64,000 nt of DNA, from positions 158,782,001 through 158,846,000 of the forward strand of contig CM059427.1 of NCBI GenBank assembly GCA_030390025.1, read 5' to 3'. How positions within the stretch are numbered: position 1 is the first letter of the stretch; each line of letters begins with the position of its first letter. Source of the DNA: Squalus acanthias. Lineage: Eukaryota. Made by a program: the position numbers and the translations under genes. The notes beneath the pieces are model-generated. The model saw only the letters and a program-made list of their open reading frames with translations, made no database searches and was not told the DNA's origin. Of this stretch, positions 1-14,700 are shown in pieces.

Positions 1-308
1 CAAAGACTGCAAAAGCTTGCATGAAACTACTGCACATATTAAGGGTTGATCAATTGGTTACTCTTGCATAAAATCTACAGGAAATCTTTTAAACACTTCA
101 TTGATAATTTATTGCACAGACGTCAGCCAAGACTAAATTTTGGCAAATGTTTAGGTTAATAACAGTGTTAGTCTAGACTGTGTTTGCCTATCAATGTTAT
201 TCGTGCAATGATTTAAAATTTTATTACCGCTGCTGCGTTATACCAGCCACCGCGTATAGCGGGCAAATCGAGTTTGCGCAACACACCCACTATAAGCGGT
301 GGGAACTG
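1..308 (+). mobile_element. Probable 3' end of a Tigger/pogo-type DNA transposon
   Basis: Ends in CACTATAAGCGGTGGGAACTG followed by TA (309-310), a CAG-terminated TIR pattern with TA target; left end is outside the window. Confidence 0.4.
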
Positions 309-1169
309 TATAAGCAAACAGATGTAATCTTTAAATGCTGTTAGGATTACATACCTTGATTAAAATCTTGCTTTTAGCGTTCAGATTTAAAATGTATTGA
401 AGCATATGTAAAGTGCAAATAGCAAACCTTTGATACAACATAGAATTCTGTCACAGAGATAAATAATTGCTGACCAACCAATCTGGGAAAGTATTTCACA
501 AATGGAGTCCATACTTTTAAGAATTTTTCCTCGTTAAGGTAGAGAGCATTGGTGATTCAGAATCTGCCAAAGCTACTGGATTAGAGGCACCTACACCAGC
601 TGAGGAACTTGGTGCCAGAGATGAAGACTGTAGCTCTGAGCTGTGCACAACAGATAGATCAGTCTTCTCACACAATCGCATAAGGCAGCTCAAGGGTCTG
701 GTTCAATGGTGCCTGTTACAGTTTTAGTCCCTTTTGAGAATCGGGACCCAGATTACTCAGATCTAAGACATAGAAGAACTTTAACTCTACATTAACTCCA
801 ACACAATCAAGGTAAGGTTGAGTTGCATGAGCATAGATGAGCGTGTTGTAATTTGCAGAGTACAATATCTTCACTATTCTGTGAACATAATTGCTTGCAG
901 AAGCAGGGAAACAGCAAGACAGTATACTCCATCTCTTTCATTTCCTAATCACACAAAGCATCAGCCCGTATGCCTGTTCAGTCTGGCTGGAGTATAATGA
1001 TTGCATATATTTAAATATATAAAGGAAGGGAGACCCAACAATTCTTATTGTGGTGAACATGCACACCTTCAATGTTGCCGATACCCTATTTACCCTTCAT
1101 GGAATGTAGAAATAACTGACTATGTCTAAAAATTTTGCTGTATACAACTTAAATTGCAACACATCATAC

Positions 1170-2086
1170 CTGGCACAAAGGAAGCTGGTTGTGTTTGTTG
1201 GAGGCCAATCAGCTCAGCCCCAGGACAGCGCTGCATGAGTTCCTCAGGGCAGTGTCCTAGGCCCCGCTATCTTCAGCTGCTTCATCAATGACCTTCCCTC
1301 CAACATTAGGTCAGAAGTGGGGCTGTTCGCTGATGATTGCACAGTGTTCAACTCCATTCCCAATTCCTCAGATAATGCAGCAGTCCATGCCTGCCTGCTG
1401 AAAGATCTAGACAATATACAGGCTTGGGCTGATGAGTAACAAGTTACATTTGTGCCACACAAGTGCCAGCAATAACCATCTCCAACAAGAGGGAGCCTAA
1501 CCACATCCCTATGACATTACCATCACCTACTCCCCCACCATCAACATCCCGGGGGTCACCACTGACCAGAAACTTAACTGGAACAGCCATGTAAATGCTG
1601 TGGCTACTAGAGCAGGTCAGAGGCTGGGTATTCAGTGCCGGGTGGCTCACCTCCTTACTCTCCAAAGCCTCTTTTCCACATACAAGGGACAAGTCAGGAA
1701 TATGATGGAATATTCTCCACTTGCCTGGATAGGTGCAGCTGCAACCACACTCAAGAAGCTTAACACTATCCAGGACAAGCAGTCTGCTTGATCGGTACCC
1801 CATCCACTAACTTAAGCATCCACTCCCTCCACCACCTGGGTACTATGGCTGCAGTATGTACTATCCACAGGATGCAGTGCAGCAAGCCACCAAAGCTTCT
1901 TCGTCAGCTCCTCCCAAACACGTGACCTCCACTACCTAGAAAGACGAAGGCAATGGGAACACCATTACCACCAAGTTCCCCTCTAAGTCTCACACCATCC
2001 TGACTTGGACATATATTGCTGTTCCTTCATTGTTGCTGGATTAAAATCCTGGAGATCCCTACCCAACAGCATTGTGGGCGTACCTT
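1170..2086 (+). mobile_element. CR1-type LINE, 5'-truncated RT/3' fragment (decayed)
   Basis: [12 protein letters not shown] and [10 protein letters not shown]...YSPLAW motifs; same family as copies at 3.7, 14.9, 15.9 and 26.3 kb. Confidence 0.9.
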
Positions 2087-3732
2087 ATCAGTTCTGGGCC
2101 ATGATTTTTCACATTAAAACTATAACTGTTAGGGTATTAAATAGACTGAGCAAGGATAGCAGCCTAGACTATCGATCTCCACTTCCTAAGAGTTTATAAA
2201 ATACTCTTTAAATGGAACGTAGTTGGCTTTAAGTTCTTAAAAGTGTATCTTACTCTGCATAACAAAACATCTATGTATTTGATAGTTTAACATGTTCCTC
2301 AATGCCAAGCATAAGGGTGAAAAAAAATAGGAAAACAAGTTACACACAGCAAAATCTTGTGTTCATTTAGTATTGAGATTGGTTTAATTGCCCAAACAAT
2401 TGAAAACCAATAAAGACCTTTATATAGGTTGACAGATAACAACTTGCTAGGATTAGTCAAGACAGTAGGAGCAATGGTGGAGTACAAAGAAAATGTCCAC
2501 TGACTAAACCTTTCCAAACTAAATTCTTAGTGTGACCTCCCAAAGCAAAATTCATTTGACTATTGAAAGAATCAGAAATGATATGGAGTATTCTTTGTGC
2601 CACCTGAATTACATTAATAGGGGTTGAACATGGGCATATGAAGATTTTGAACTGCTTCATTCTGACACAAATTCAAGATGGTCATCTTTCCACATCATTC
2701 ATGTATTAGAGCTGGAAGGCTGACTCATATGTATGCTTCCATACAGGAAATCCAGTAATCTCACAGAAAAGAGATGAAGTTCAATCGGTACAAAGTGTTA
2801 CTGCTTGGCCTGATATTGATATTGGTCTACTTTTCTGAGGCAGCAGAGGTACATGCAAACCCATATCTGGGCAGCTGGTTAGTGTAAACAGTCCTGTGCT
2901 GGGTTGGCAGACACAGTAGACCATCAGATTATAGCATGGCTAAAGACCTTTTTTCATAACCCATCCAGGCTGGAAGCAGTCGTTAACATCTTGCCTCCAC
3001 CAGATAGGTTTCTGACTATTCAGGTGGAATATTTCATGGTTCAGATGGCATCCAGTAAATAAGTACAGCACTGCTTGGGAATCTAGGCCTTATATGACAG
3101 CAATCTTCAAAGTTATTCATAAAGCCCTTGCAGGTAAATCTTTTTACACATGTTCCATTGTTCTGAGAAGTCAGGGGATGTTTGAAATCCTAAAGTAATA
3201 TTCATCCCCAGGTCAGACATTGAACATGAGGGTGGACCCTTTGCAAGACTGACACCGTAAAGATGCACAGATAGGGCGAAAGTGTGGATGGAGAAAATCT
3301 CCAGCTATGATGACCCAACCCCAGGCTTAAGTGGCAAGTAGTAAGGATGCCACACTGGACCTGACCTGCAACAAGATAGTTGGGGGTAACTTGGTCAGTA
3401 GCGTCTTGTCCAGATAAGTTCTACCGGGTCTCCCAGGCACAGCCACCCATTGACTGCCTCATTATTTTCCTGGTGCAGAACAAATATGGGAGTCTCCTGA
3501 AAAGGAGTCGAAACGGGTACACAGCATAAGAAACTTTACTTGCATGAATACTCTAGACTCGTATAGTTTCTTAACGAGTACTTTGGGTTAACTTTGTTCA
3601 CAAGCAATGAATCCAGGCTTCAGGTTTACACCTGATCTGCAGAATTGTCTAATGAAGCTCCTTTTGGAAACCATCATGTTCGGGGAGTGTTAGCAGATTT
3701 CCCATGGTAACTGTCACAACAAAGGATTATTA

Positions 3733-4180
3733 GTCATTCATGGGATGTGGGCATCGCTGGCAAGGCCAGTGTTTATTGCCCATCCCTAATTGCCCTTGAG
3801 AAGGTGGTGGTGAACCGCTGCAGGTGAAGGTACTTCCACAGTGCTGTTAGGGAGGCAGTTCCAGGATTTTGACCCAGCGACGATGAAGGAACGGCGATAT
3901 ATTTCCAAGTCAGGATAGTGCGTGACTTGGAGGGGAACTTGCTGGTGGTGGTGTTCCCATGCGCCTGCTGCCCTTGTCCTTCTAGGTGGTAGAGGTCGCG
4001 GGTTTCGGCGGTGCTGTCGAAGAAGCCTTGGTGAGTTGCTGCAGTGCATTTTGTAGATGGTACACACTGCAGCCATGATGTGCTGGTGGTGGAGGGAGTG
4101 AATGTTTAAGGTGGTGAATGGGTTGCCAATCAAGCGGGCTACTTTGTCCTGGATGGTTTCGAGCTTCTTGAGTGTTGTTG
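3733..4180 (-). mobile_element. CR1-type LINE 3' fragment
   Basis: ORF 3786-4184 (TTLKKLETIQDKVARLIG...) and family 3' tail ending (ATGA)n. Confidence 0.9.
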
Positions 4181-5680
4181 ACATTGACTAATAATAGTAT
4201 TGCTTTTATATAACTGTCCTACAGTATTACATTAAATGGCGAGCAATTAATACAACCTGTTTATCTTTCCATGAAGTCTCGTTCAAGTTGATCAGACTTG
4301 TAATCTTTCGTGGATGGGCTTCCGACTACCCCCGAGAGCGCTCTGCCCTTTAAGAGAAATATGTCCAATTTTTATACTATTCGGCTACCTTGGGCAGCGT
4401 CTACGAACAACACATGTGTATTTGCACGTTTACTGAGGCCACATATTTAGGTGTTTACCCCGCTTTTAATCTTTCAGCCTTCATCTCTGTTCTACAGGCT
4501 TTGTTTTTGGTCCATTAAATGTGTAAGCCACGTGGCCTTGCAGACTTTTCCATATGTGGTGTCTTAGCAACTGCCCCCTTATCTCGGCATAGGTCGTCTC
4601 TTGACCTGTGTCTTTATCATTCTCTGTCTTTTGAGTTTCCAAACTATCTTTGTTCATACATTTTCCCTTTGCTCCACGTTGATACTCTGGCTAAAATGTT
4701 AAAGCACACGCATGCTGGGATACTTTGACCAATTTAAACCATTTTAAGATACTCTAACAGGGAGTGGGTCAAGGCAATCCTGGAAAGCTTTAAGAAGAAG
4801 CCCACTGGTGATTCTGTGGATGTTTGTAATGGGCCAATCTAAGCTAATAAGACCCATTTCAGTAAAAAGGCCGTGTCCTTTGGAGCTAAGGCGAATTGAG
4901 CCAAATGACTAAGGAATTGCCCTCCCCCTTTCCCATACCCAGGGACTGAGAAAATAATGTTTAGCTTCAGTTGACCTGAAGGCCCACATTTGGATCAGAG
5001 AAGTCCATAGTGATTATCTCAAATTAGCAGAGTGCACTTGCAATGCAGCATACTGTTATTTAGCCTGATCTTAATGCCTAGCACCTTTACTAAACACCTA
5101 TCTATACTGCAGCCTTTCTGTGACTCAGCAGCCTGGGCAACTGAGGTAAGAGAGGGAGCACCCTATGATTCTTCGGAGTTTCCTTCATGGGAGGTGAGCT
5201 TGGGGCAGAGGGTGCTGGGTAGTCCAGACAGCAGAATCCTAATTTCCATCCAAAAAGGCAAGATTACTCCAGTGTAGGAGAATGCCCTGCGAATCAGGCA
5301 GGATCTAATATGCAGCACAATGTGACCATCCCAGCGTGATAGTATCAGTCACATTCATGGTGCTTTATACATGTTTACGTAGCCACTGTTGTTGAACCTT
5401 TTTATGCCTTGGTCCTCTAACACAGGTTAGAATGCATTTCAACCCCTTGATATGCTAGTGCTTGTGCAGTAAACTTTATGTAACAGTTCAAAGCCATGAT
5501 ATAATTGATCTAATTTGTTTTGATTGTCCATAATTTTCAGACATTATACCACATTATTCCAAAAAAATCATTTGGGAAGTAAAAATATAAAAAGAGAAGA
5601 CAAAAGAAATTGAGAGGAAAATAAAGAAGGAAATAGATCTTTTTGTAGTGATGTTGCTTAATTCTTTCTCTGTGTTTTAG

Positions 5681-5754
5681 CATCAAGTAGAAAAGGTCCT
5701 ATGGATAACAATCAAGGGAACAACATTCAGAGGCTAAAGAAGCCACTCAGAATG
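5681..5754 (+). CDS. MATR3: Matrin-3-like exon (pre-RRM1 linker, [24 protein letters not shown])
   Basis: Pyrimidine tract + TAG acceptor, GTTAGT donor, open frame joining phase 0 to next exon. Confidence 0.65.
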
Positions 5755-8700
5755 GTTAGTGTTTCATAATCCTGCAAGATTCTTACATAAAAGTTACTCA
5801 TTACCATGAGTAAAATCTAGTTTTGGAAAGAGTTTAACTAGTCATTTGATGAGATTAGCAAAATTGCTGTATTTTTGGTATCTTTAGCCGATCTGTATGG
5901 GGGTGGGAGGGTGGTTGTGATAGTAACATACTGGGTTGTGAATGAATATCTGTAGTTTTCAACAACAACTTGCATTTATATAGTGCCTTTAACATAGTAA
6001 AACTTCCCACGGTGCTTCACAGGAGCGTTGTCAAACAAAATTTGACACCGAGCCACATAAGGGAATATTAGGGCAGATGAGAGGTAGGTTTTAAGGAGCA
6101 TCTTAAAAGGAGGAAAGAGAAGCGGAGAGGGTTAGGGAGGGAATTACAGAGCTTAGGGCCTCGGCGGCTGAAGGCACGGCTGCCAGTGGTGGAGCGATTA
6201 AAATCGGGGATGCGCAAGAGGCCAGAATTGGAGGAGCGCAAATATCTCTGGGTGGGGGGGGGGGGGAGGTTGGAGGGCTGGAGATAGGGAGGGGCGAGGC
6301 CATGGAGGGTTATGAAAACAAGGATGCGAATTTTAAAATCGAGGTGTTGCTTAACGGGGAGCCAATGTAGGTCAGCGAGCACAGAGGTGATGGGTTAACG
6401 GGACTTGGTGTGAGTTAGGATACGGGCAGCAGAGTTTTGGATGAGCTGAAGTTTATGGAGGGTGGAAGATGGGAGGCCGGCCAGGAGTGTGTTGGAATAG
6501 TCAAGTCTAGAGGTAACAGAGGCATGGATGAGGGTTTCAGCAGCACATGAGCTGAGGCAGGGACGGAGTCATGCGATGTTATGGATGTGGACATAGGCTG
6601 TTTTGGTGATGGCGCGGATATGTGGTCTGAAGCTCATCTCGGTTGTCAATTCGACACCAAGGTTGCAAACAGTCTGGTTCAGCCTCAGGTAGTTGCCAGG
6701 GAGAGGGATGGAGCTGGTGGGTAGGGAGCAGAGTTTGTGGGGGGGGACCGAAGACAATGGCTTTGGCCTTCCCAATATTTAGTCAGAGGAAATTTCTGCT
6801 CATCCAGTACTAGATGTCAGGCAAGCAGTCTGGACAATTTAGAGACAGTGGAGGGGTCAAGAGAGGTGGTGGTGAGGTAGAGCTGGGTGTCGTCAGCGTA
6901 CATGTGGAACCTGACGTGTTTTCGGATGATGTCGCCAAGGGGTAGTATGTAGATAAGAAATAGGAGTAGGCCAAGGATAGATCCTTGGGGGACACCAGAT
7001 GTATCCACGTGGTAAGCTCCTGACCTTGAAATATGTCTGCGGTGGAAGCGCTGAGCAGACGTCTGGGATGAAGAAACATCAGATGGTGAGTGAGCTCCTC
7101 TCCTGTATCTAACTGTGGATATTTATGAAACAGGATTGGCAGAGCTAACACAGCTTTCTCATGCTCTTATCTCCTCCACAGAATTGTGCATGCTGTATGA
7201 GGAAACTTAAGGAACGGTGGGGTAGCAGTTAGTGTCACTTCACAAAATAAGTTGTGCATACATCAAAGAATATTCTTTTGTTTACCGTCATCATTTTTCA
7301 GAGAGTATTCTTTGTGAAAAAAGTGTGAATTATGACGACTTGTTAATCTGTATGTGTAACTAGGTAGCTACTGTAAATGGTATTAGTATAACTGATGCTC
7401 AGCTTGTTGGTATATTTATAGGTGAGGTTTCCTGTGTATATTTTTCAAACCAATTGAGGTCATGGTTATATATGGTTAAGGATTCTATTTTTTTTAAGTA
7501 TCTTCTCTGAACAGCACCAGGAAGCCAGTAGATTATACTACTGTTCCTTTAGCCAATGAGTTGTATATGAAAATGTATTGCCAGAGGGTTTTGGAGAAGA
7601 AAGGAAATATACCAAGAATTTTTGTCATTGTTCAAGAGGGGAGGAATTTTTAAATCTTGTTTCCATAAAAGTTTGAACATTAGCAAAATGAGAGGACTTT
7701 TAAAGAAGAATCCTGTATTAAATGTCCGATCACATTAAATGGATCCAAATTTTGTTAGATCTAGGTCTGGAAACTAGGAGTGCATTCAAACTCCCGAGTT
7801 AAATTTTTAGTTCCGTATTGGATAAAATGCAGAAAATGTCGGTACAGTAATGATTTTCTGCCCTTTTTAATTTAAAATGTACTTGCTATTTGTGTTGGTG
7901 ACATCTGACAAATAAACATTTACTATAATATAACACATTGCCCAGAAAGCACTGTGTGTCTGAGCAGTACATTGTACTTGGGAAATACTGTGTGGTCTAA
8001 GCATACATTGCATTAGGAAGCACAATGTGACCTGAGCAGTGCATTGCATCTAGGGTGGAGTTTGGGTGATGGGGAGGAATAATCGTCACTGCCTGACCTG
8101 GGCAATACATTGTACCAAGGGAGTTCTGCACTGACTGAGCGTCCCATTGCAACTAGAGAGCATTGTCTGGCCTAGTCAGTGCATTGCATCTGGAACAGTA
8201 TGTAAACTTAGTGTTACATTGCACTCAAACTTAATAGATGCCTTTTGCTGCTAATCTTTTTCTCCTATCTTAGAATGTCAATGATGAGCCTGGGCGAGTA
8301 GTTCACATTAGCGAGTTGCAGCGAGGTAGATGTATGAATCGTGATCTAATCAAGCTGGCTGAACCTTTTGGAAAGGTTACTAACTACTTGTTAATAAAGT
8401 CAAAGGGTGAGGTAAGCACAAGCCATGGCTAAACTGTTATTCCTTTGCATTGTGTTAAAGCTTGTGGAAATTTAATATCATTCCAAATTCCTGCATGTAT
8501 CATAAGTTAGTGTCACAAGGACAATCACAAAGAACAGATTCCCTTCAGGAAGGTTTGATGTTAATTATGACACAAGAACATAAACAGTTAACGATGAGAA
8601 AAGGCTGTTCAACTCATCCAGCCTAGCATTTGAACTCCCTTTGACTCCACTACCTTGCCTGTAATTTCTGTCCTCTTGATCTACTAGCCTGACTAACCTT

Positions 8701-11700
8701 GAAGTATTGTTCTGCGTTCACCTTATCTAAACCATTTAATACTTTATAAACCTGAGAGAGATCTTTTGTCAACCTTCTTTCTAGGAGTTAAGCTACATTA
8801 ATCTTCCCTCATAGTTCAGCCCTGTTACATATGGGGTCATTCTTCCTGCTTTTTTCTGCACCCTCACCAATATATGTATGCTCCTTTTGAAGTATGGCAA
8901 CCAAAATTATGCAGTGCTTGAAAGTATGTTCTGACTAATGAATTATAAAGCATCAGCATAACCTCTATAGACATTTCTGTACTGTTCTGGTGGGTATACC
9001 AACATTCTGTTTGTAGAATTGTTAACATTAGAATTGATGGTCTACTATCACTTTCATACCTTTCAAAGTCTCCCTGTGCTAATTCCATTCCATTCACTGT
9101 GTATTTATGTTGCTCATTTTTTCCCCCAATATACAATACTTTGCTTGCCATTAGATTTGAATGTCTTCATTTGGATCTGAGCAGACCAGGTCATACAAAG
9201 AAAATTACAAGATGATTATGAATATCTATTTGCATTCAACATTTGTGTTTTTAATTATAGGGATTTGTGGAATTGGCCTATCCTGAAGCAGCTCAAGCTA
9301 TGGTGAAGTTTTACCAGATGAAACCTACCTTTGTTGATGGCAATGTCATCAGAGCAGAACTGTCCCAGAAATATAAAAAGTTGACTATAAAGGTATTTTA
9401 TTTACAATGAGATATAAGGGAGTTAATCAGCTTCATCCATATTTATACAGGTTTGCTTTCCTGTAGATACAGTTTTATTTGATGGATACATTCAGAATCC
9501 CAGATAATAAATATAGATACACAGGAATCTGCTCAATTGACATGTGGGAAAGAGTGGGAGTTAATGGTATATAGTCCCAGTTAATTAAAAAGATAATTTT
9601 GAACTTTTGCATAGTAGGTCTAATTTAAATAAGCAAGACTCATATTCTCTATTTTGGGATAACATTTTGGGTCTATTTTAGTTATTTTGGAAGTTTACTT
9701 CAGCATCTCTTTCTGTATGAAACTTAATTGGCCATAAGTTTTTTGGTACAAATGTTTACTTTTGTGCATATCATGTAGGGCCTCACTATCTTTCGGAATT
9801 GTGCTATTGCAATATCAGAAGGAGTAGAAGGGTATTAGACGGATTAGAGGGGAGTTGAGGACAATTTTTTTCACCCAGAGGGTGGTGGGGGTCTGGAGTT
9901 CACTGCCTGAAAGGGTGATGGAGGCAGAAACCCTTATCGCATTTAAAAAGTACTTGGATATGCCCTTGAAGTGCCGTAACCTACAAGGCTACGGACCAAG
10001 AGCTAGAAAGTCAGATTAGGTTGGATAGCTTTTTTTCGGCCAGCACGAACACAATGGGCCAAATGGCCACCATCTGTGCCGTAAACATCTGATTCTATGC
10101 TCCAAAATCCTGAAAACTGTCTTGTGATTGCATTGTAGCTTTTATCAATTAATCCTAATAGTTGAAAATGTACATTGGATTTTTATTGATGCAAAATAGT
10201 TACCTCAAGTAGCAGTATTGGGTAGACTGTATACAGCTGAGTTTGCCTAATGTTAAGTAGCCTATTGTTATAATCCGCATAATTTACCAGTGGCCGGTCC
10301 CGACTGTGTTTGGTATGTCTTGTACACATTTGAGTTTGCCTATGTAATGTAATGTAATGTTACAATTCATCTAAAGTTATGCAAATTTGCGGTTCCTGGT
10401 TAACAAATGATCAAATAATGTTATACTGTATTTCAACCCTCTGAAGTTTTCATTGTGTGCAAATTTTAACAACCACAGATTGACTTGAGCAGATTGTTTG
10501 CTTATAATTACTCCATCATCTTACAAGGGCAGGGCTTTCTACAAGGAGCGGTTATTTAGGAGAGGCTGTTACATTACTGTACTTTAGCACCCATAGCAGC
10601 TGCTATTTTGTGAAAATGGAATCAAATTAAAAAAGTGCACAGATCTGAATTTGGGCCACAAGTACAAAATTATCAATGCTCTGGACAAAAAGTCAAAGTC
10701 ACAGATTGAATTGGCAAATAAATATGGTGTCTCTCAGGACGCCATTAGCAAAATCTACAAAGAACAGGATTCTGTCTTGAAATGTCAAAAGCGGGTATTT
10801 TAGAAGTGACATGAAACGGTTGTGCACTTCTAGACTCAATGACGTTGGAGCAGAATTTCTTAAATGGTTCATGGCAGCATGCAATAAAAATCTCCCTGGA
10901 ATTTCAGAACAAATTTTACTGCAAAAGAAAAAAGTCATATTTGTAGAAGTATTTGGGTTCAACGATCTCTTTTCAGGTCAGCTTGGGATGGATTAAAAGA
11001 TGGAAAAAGTTTATGCCATAACTCAAGAAAATTGTCAGAGAAGCCAATAAACTGACCCCTGAAATGACAAACGAATGGCTTTCAACAATTCTGCCTGCAA
11101 TACTTCAAAAGTGCCGATCTTGTGACGTGTTCAACCTCCTTGAAATGGGACCTTTCTGGAAGCTTCTGCCAGGGTGACTTAGATCTTTCAAACAGGAGTG
11201 CATTGATGGGAAATGGAGCAAGGAGCGTGTGACTCTTCTGGGCGCCAATATGGACGGATTTGAGAAACTTCTGTTCTTCGGTAAAAGTGAGCGGCCAAGA
11301 TGTTTCAAAATGTTCACCACTTCCCTGGAGGCATAATTTACCGTTTAAATCAGGATGACTTGTATGATTTTTGAGGAGTACATTCGATCTCTGGACAGAT
11401 GATATAGAGTTCAAAGTAGAAGCATGTTAATTATTATGGTTTACTGCCCTGCTTATCCAGAAATTTCTGGCCCAATGAATGTGGAACTTGTCAACCTTCC
11501 AAAGAATACCACTTCTTAGTGTCAACCAATGGATTTATCAAGCTTTTCAAGGGTCGCTATCAGAAGTTTCTAGCTAGAAAAAGACTAGCTGCTTACAAAG
11601 CCAAGACTGAGTTGTCTATTAGTTTGCTGGCTGCAATGAATTTTGTTGCTAGAACTTAGGATCGTGACTTAGTGCAACATTGTGAACTGCTGTTGCCATG

Positions 11701-14700
11701 TGGGTATGATCAGAAAAGAAGAAGAAATTAGTGGAGCTCGAAGAAATCGAAGTCAACCCAGAGCTGCCAAGAGTTTGGGAGCAACTTCAGTGAGTAGGAC
11801 TGACCCCTGCTGATGTTCCTCAGTCTGACTATATCGCAGTTAATGACTCTTTGATCACCAGAACCTTCAGCGAAGCTATGAGCTGACCCAACCTGACCTG
11901 GAATGAAATAATGAAATTAGTGAGGATAGTGATAATTTTGAAGATGATGACGTTACTCCTGAGTTTCTGGGGGAAATTTTAACCCCCAAAAAAACAGGTG
12001 GGTTGGGGTTGGGTGGGAGATTAAAGAGTTAAAAAACTGACTCTCAACCCCAACCCACCCACTTCCGGTTTTAACGGAGACGGGATGGGGCAGGCCCTCT
12101 CGATCGCCTTCCGACCTCCCCGATCCTCTGGCTTCAATCCTCCTCCAGCCCCCGACCACATCCCCCCCCCCGCCGGATTCTCATCCAGTCCCAACTTTCC
12201 TATGACTTCCGACCATCCCCCATGATCCTTCCCTCCCCTCCTCTCTGCGGCCTAGTGCCGCAGGCCTACCTGTCCAACAGCCAGCCAGCCTCTCCATCCG
12301 GCTGGCTGTGGGCGGGAAACAGCTTTGAAATGCTGATCAGACCCTGCCGTTAAATTCGGCGGGGCCTGCAACTTTCTAGCCCCCACTCCCTACTCGCCTC
12401 CAGATTAAAATTCCGGCCTCTGACTCCAACAGTCTGTCTGAAGATAATCTCTATTTTTCAATATTATATGCAGTGCTCATCTAGCAACTTGTTTAGCACA
12501 ATAAGTTAATTAGTCTGGCAAAAATAGAAGAGGCAATCGCTTGTGATTCAATTTTGAAGATAAAACAGTCTAAAATAACTGATTTTGTTAAAAATAAACC
12601 CTAATATATTGAAATTAAAGTAAAAGTTTGAATTTTTAACATTTTTTCTTAAAAACAGCCTGGTAGTGTTTGCAAGTGTTTATAAGGAAAGTTCTCCTAA
12701 TGTTGTAGTACAATAATTTTATAATTTTGTCCATCTGACAGAGTATAACATTAGGCAGACTCAACTGTACTTGGGAGGTATTTTGTGTCAAGCTCACTTA
12801 TACAAACCCTGCTTGCATATAAATATTCTGAATTCCCAAATGAATATCACCTGCAATGCAGTTTTGTTCTTTTGTAAAGAGTTGTTTAGCTATACATTTA
12901 GTTTGTAAGTAAATAAATGCGTGGATGTTGAGAGCCCTGTCCACAAAAAACACTTCCTTGCTTCTTTTTGCTGAAGAGCAAAAGATGTAAGTCAACAGTG
13001 CTGTATCCTCAAATTGAGAACTGATGTGGAGTCATGGAGGTTGGGTTTGGGAATAGAGTCCAGCTCTCCCACTCCTATCCATTTTTTTTCATTGGCATGT
13101 TGGACTTAACGTGCCAATGGCTGGACTGCAATAATTTGATGTATATTTTTAACATCAAAAATAGCGAGATTAAGTTACTTGTCGCAATACACTGCAAATC
13201 CTGGAAATTTCCACATGTTCCACAAGCAGCTTTACTTCAAAAGTCCTGGAGGCAGTGAAAATTCCAGTTTTAAGGGCCATTTCAATCCCAAGAGGCTTGT
13301 GCATATGCAGTAGCCAGCCACCTCATACTCCTGCTACTGAGGTAAACTAGGTTTAAGAACACATAATGTCATACGCTGTCACCAAGGGAAAGCACTGTGG
13401 AAGCCAACAGTAGGCATTCAAAACAATGTGGTTATTAAAAAAAAAACTGGTTTCTTTGAGTGTGTTCCTAAAGAAGTTTGGGACTGTGTTTTAACAGTAT
13501 CATGAGTGGGAGATTTATGAGTGGAAGATTTAAGGCAATTTTACATAAAGACATATTTGCGGCAAGCAAGGGAATGATGCAGATAAAACTGTTAATTTAT
13601 GGATAACAAAAGGATATCCTGTAGGAGAACATGACTACTGGCGCTCCCAGACAACGATGAGTTCTCCTTTTCAGGTTCTTCAGGCTGCCCCTGCTTCTCT
13701 TAATAATCCCCATCCTATGCTTTCCTCTTCTCGTGCCTCCATGGTGATGCCTCTTTCCACTTGAGGCAGTGTAAAGTAAAAGAAATATACCAATAAATGG
13801 AAAGCACAAAATTAAACCAATCAATTGTTTATGTATCAGACAATTCTAAACCTTACTGAAACTTTTAAACGTTCAAAATAAAAAAACACTCAAGGATTTG
13901 GACAACAGTCTGCTATTTGAGCATTCCTACTGTGAAAAGTTTTACTGGTAACTTAGGCAGCACTACTGAGCAGTAGGTCACTTGTCCTTTAACTTATAAT
14001 TTTGCAGTGAATATGAGTAGTGTTGGGAAGTGATGAGTTACTTTCATAATTCTTCTACTTGAACTTCTGGGTGGGGCTCCAAATCTGATCAACCTCTCAT
14101 TTACAGTACTGGGTTGGTGGCGCAGGGAGAGACTGCGAGATGATTAAAAATTAAGTGCTTTTTGTGTGAAGACATACTTGATAAGTAATTGTCAGAAGTT
14201 AAGGTGTTGGGGATTGCAATTTAAATAATGTAATTTTCACTCCTTTATGTTTAGGGCAAAGAAAGTGAAGAACGCAGCCGGGTGGTCCATATCAGCAACT
14301 TGCCTTCTGTTGGCTACTCTGATTCAGAAATTGTGTGCCTCGGTATGCCATTTGGAAAAGTGACCAACTACCTACTAATGAGAGTTAAGAATCAGGTATG
14401 GTAGGATTTAAAATGTTAGCAATAATGTGAAATATTTCACTGAGTAATATAATTAAATTAATGGTACAGCATATTGGTGTATTTTCTATGGGGTGAGTTC
14501 AGTTTGAAATATTAACCTACAGATTAATACCAGTGAGTGTGACTAGTTGGCATTGCAGTGATTACAAAATTATACTTTATACTGTGCTGTAAGTTCCAAA
14601 AGATACAGAACACACCTCGTTCACTTTCAGACTATCTGTAAAGAGTTTTGTACTGTGTTGCAAATTTCTTGATTTTGCTTTTTCATTCTGTTAGCATTTG

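Noticed and set aside
539-727. Stop-free stretch (VESIGDSESAK...) as an upstream Matrin-3-like exon
   Set aside because: No recognisable homology and no convincing donor
3183-4861. Possible solo LTR around the 3.7-kb CR1 fragment
   Set aside because: TGAAAT/ATTTCA ends but no TSD or second copy to confirm
13675-13743. Possible 69-nt in-frame cassette exon between RRM1 and RRM2
   Set aside because: Good acceptor but weak donor (GTGATG) and no family similarity; flanking exons join in frame without it
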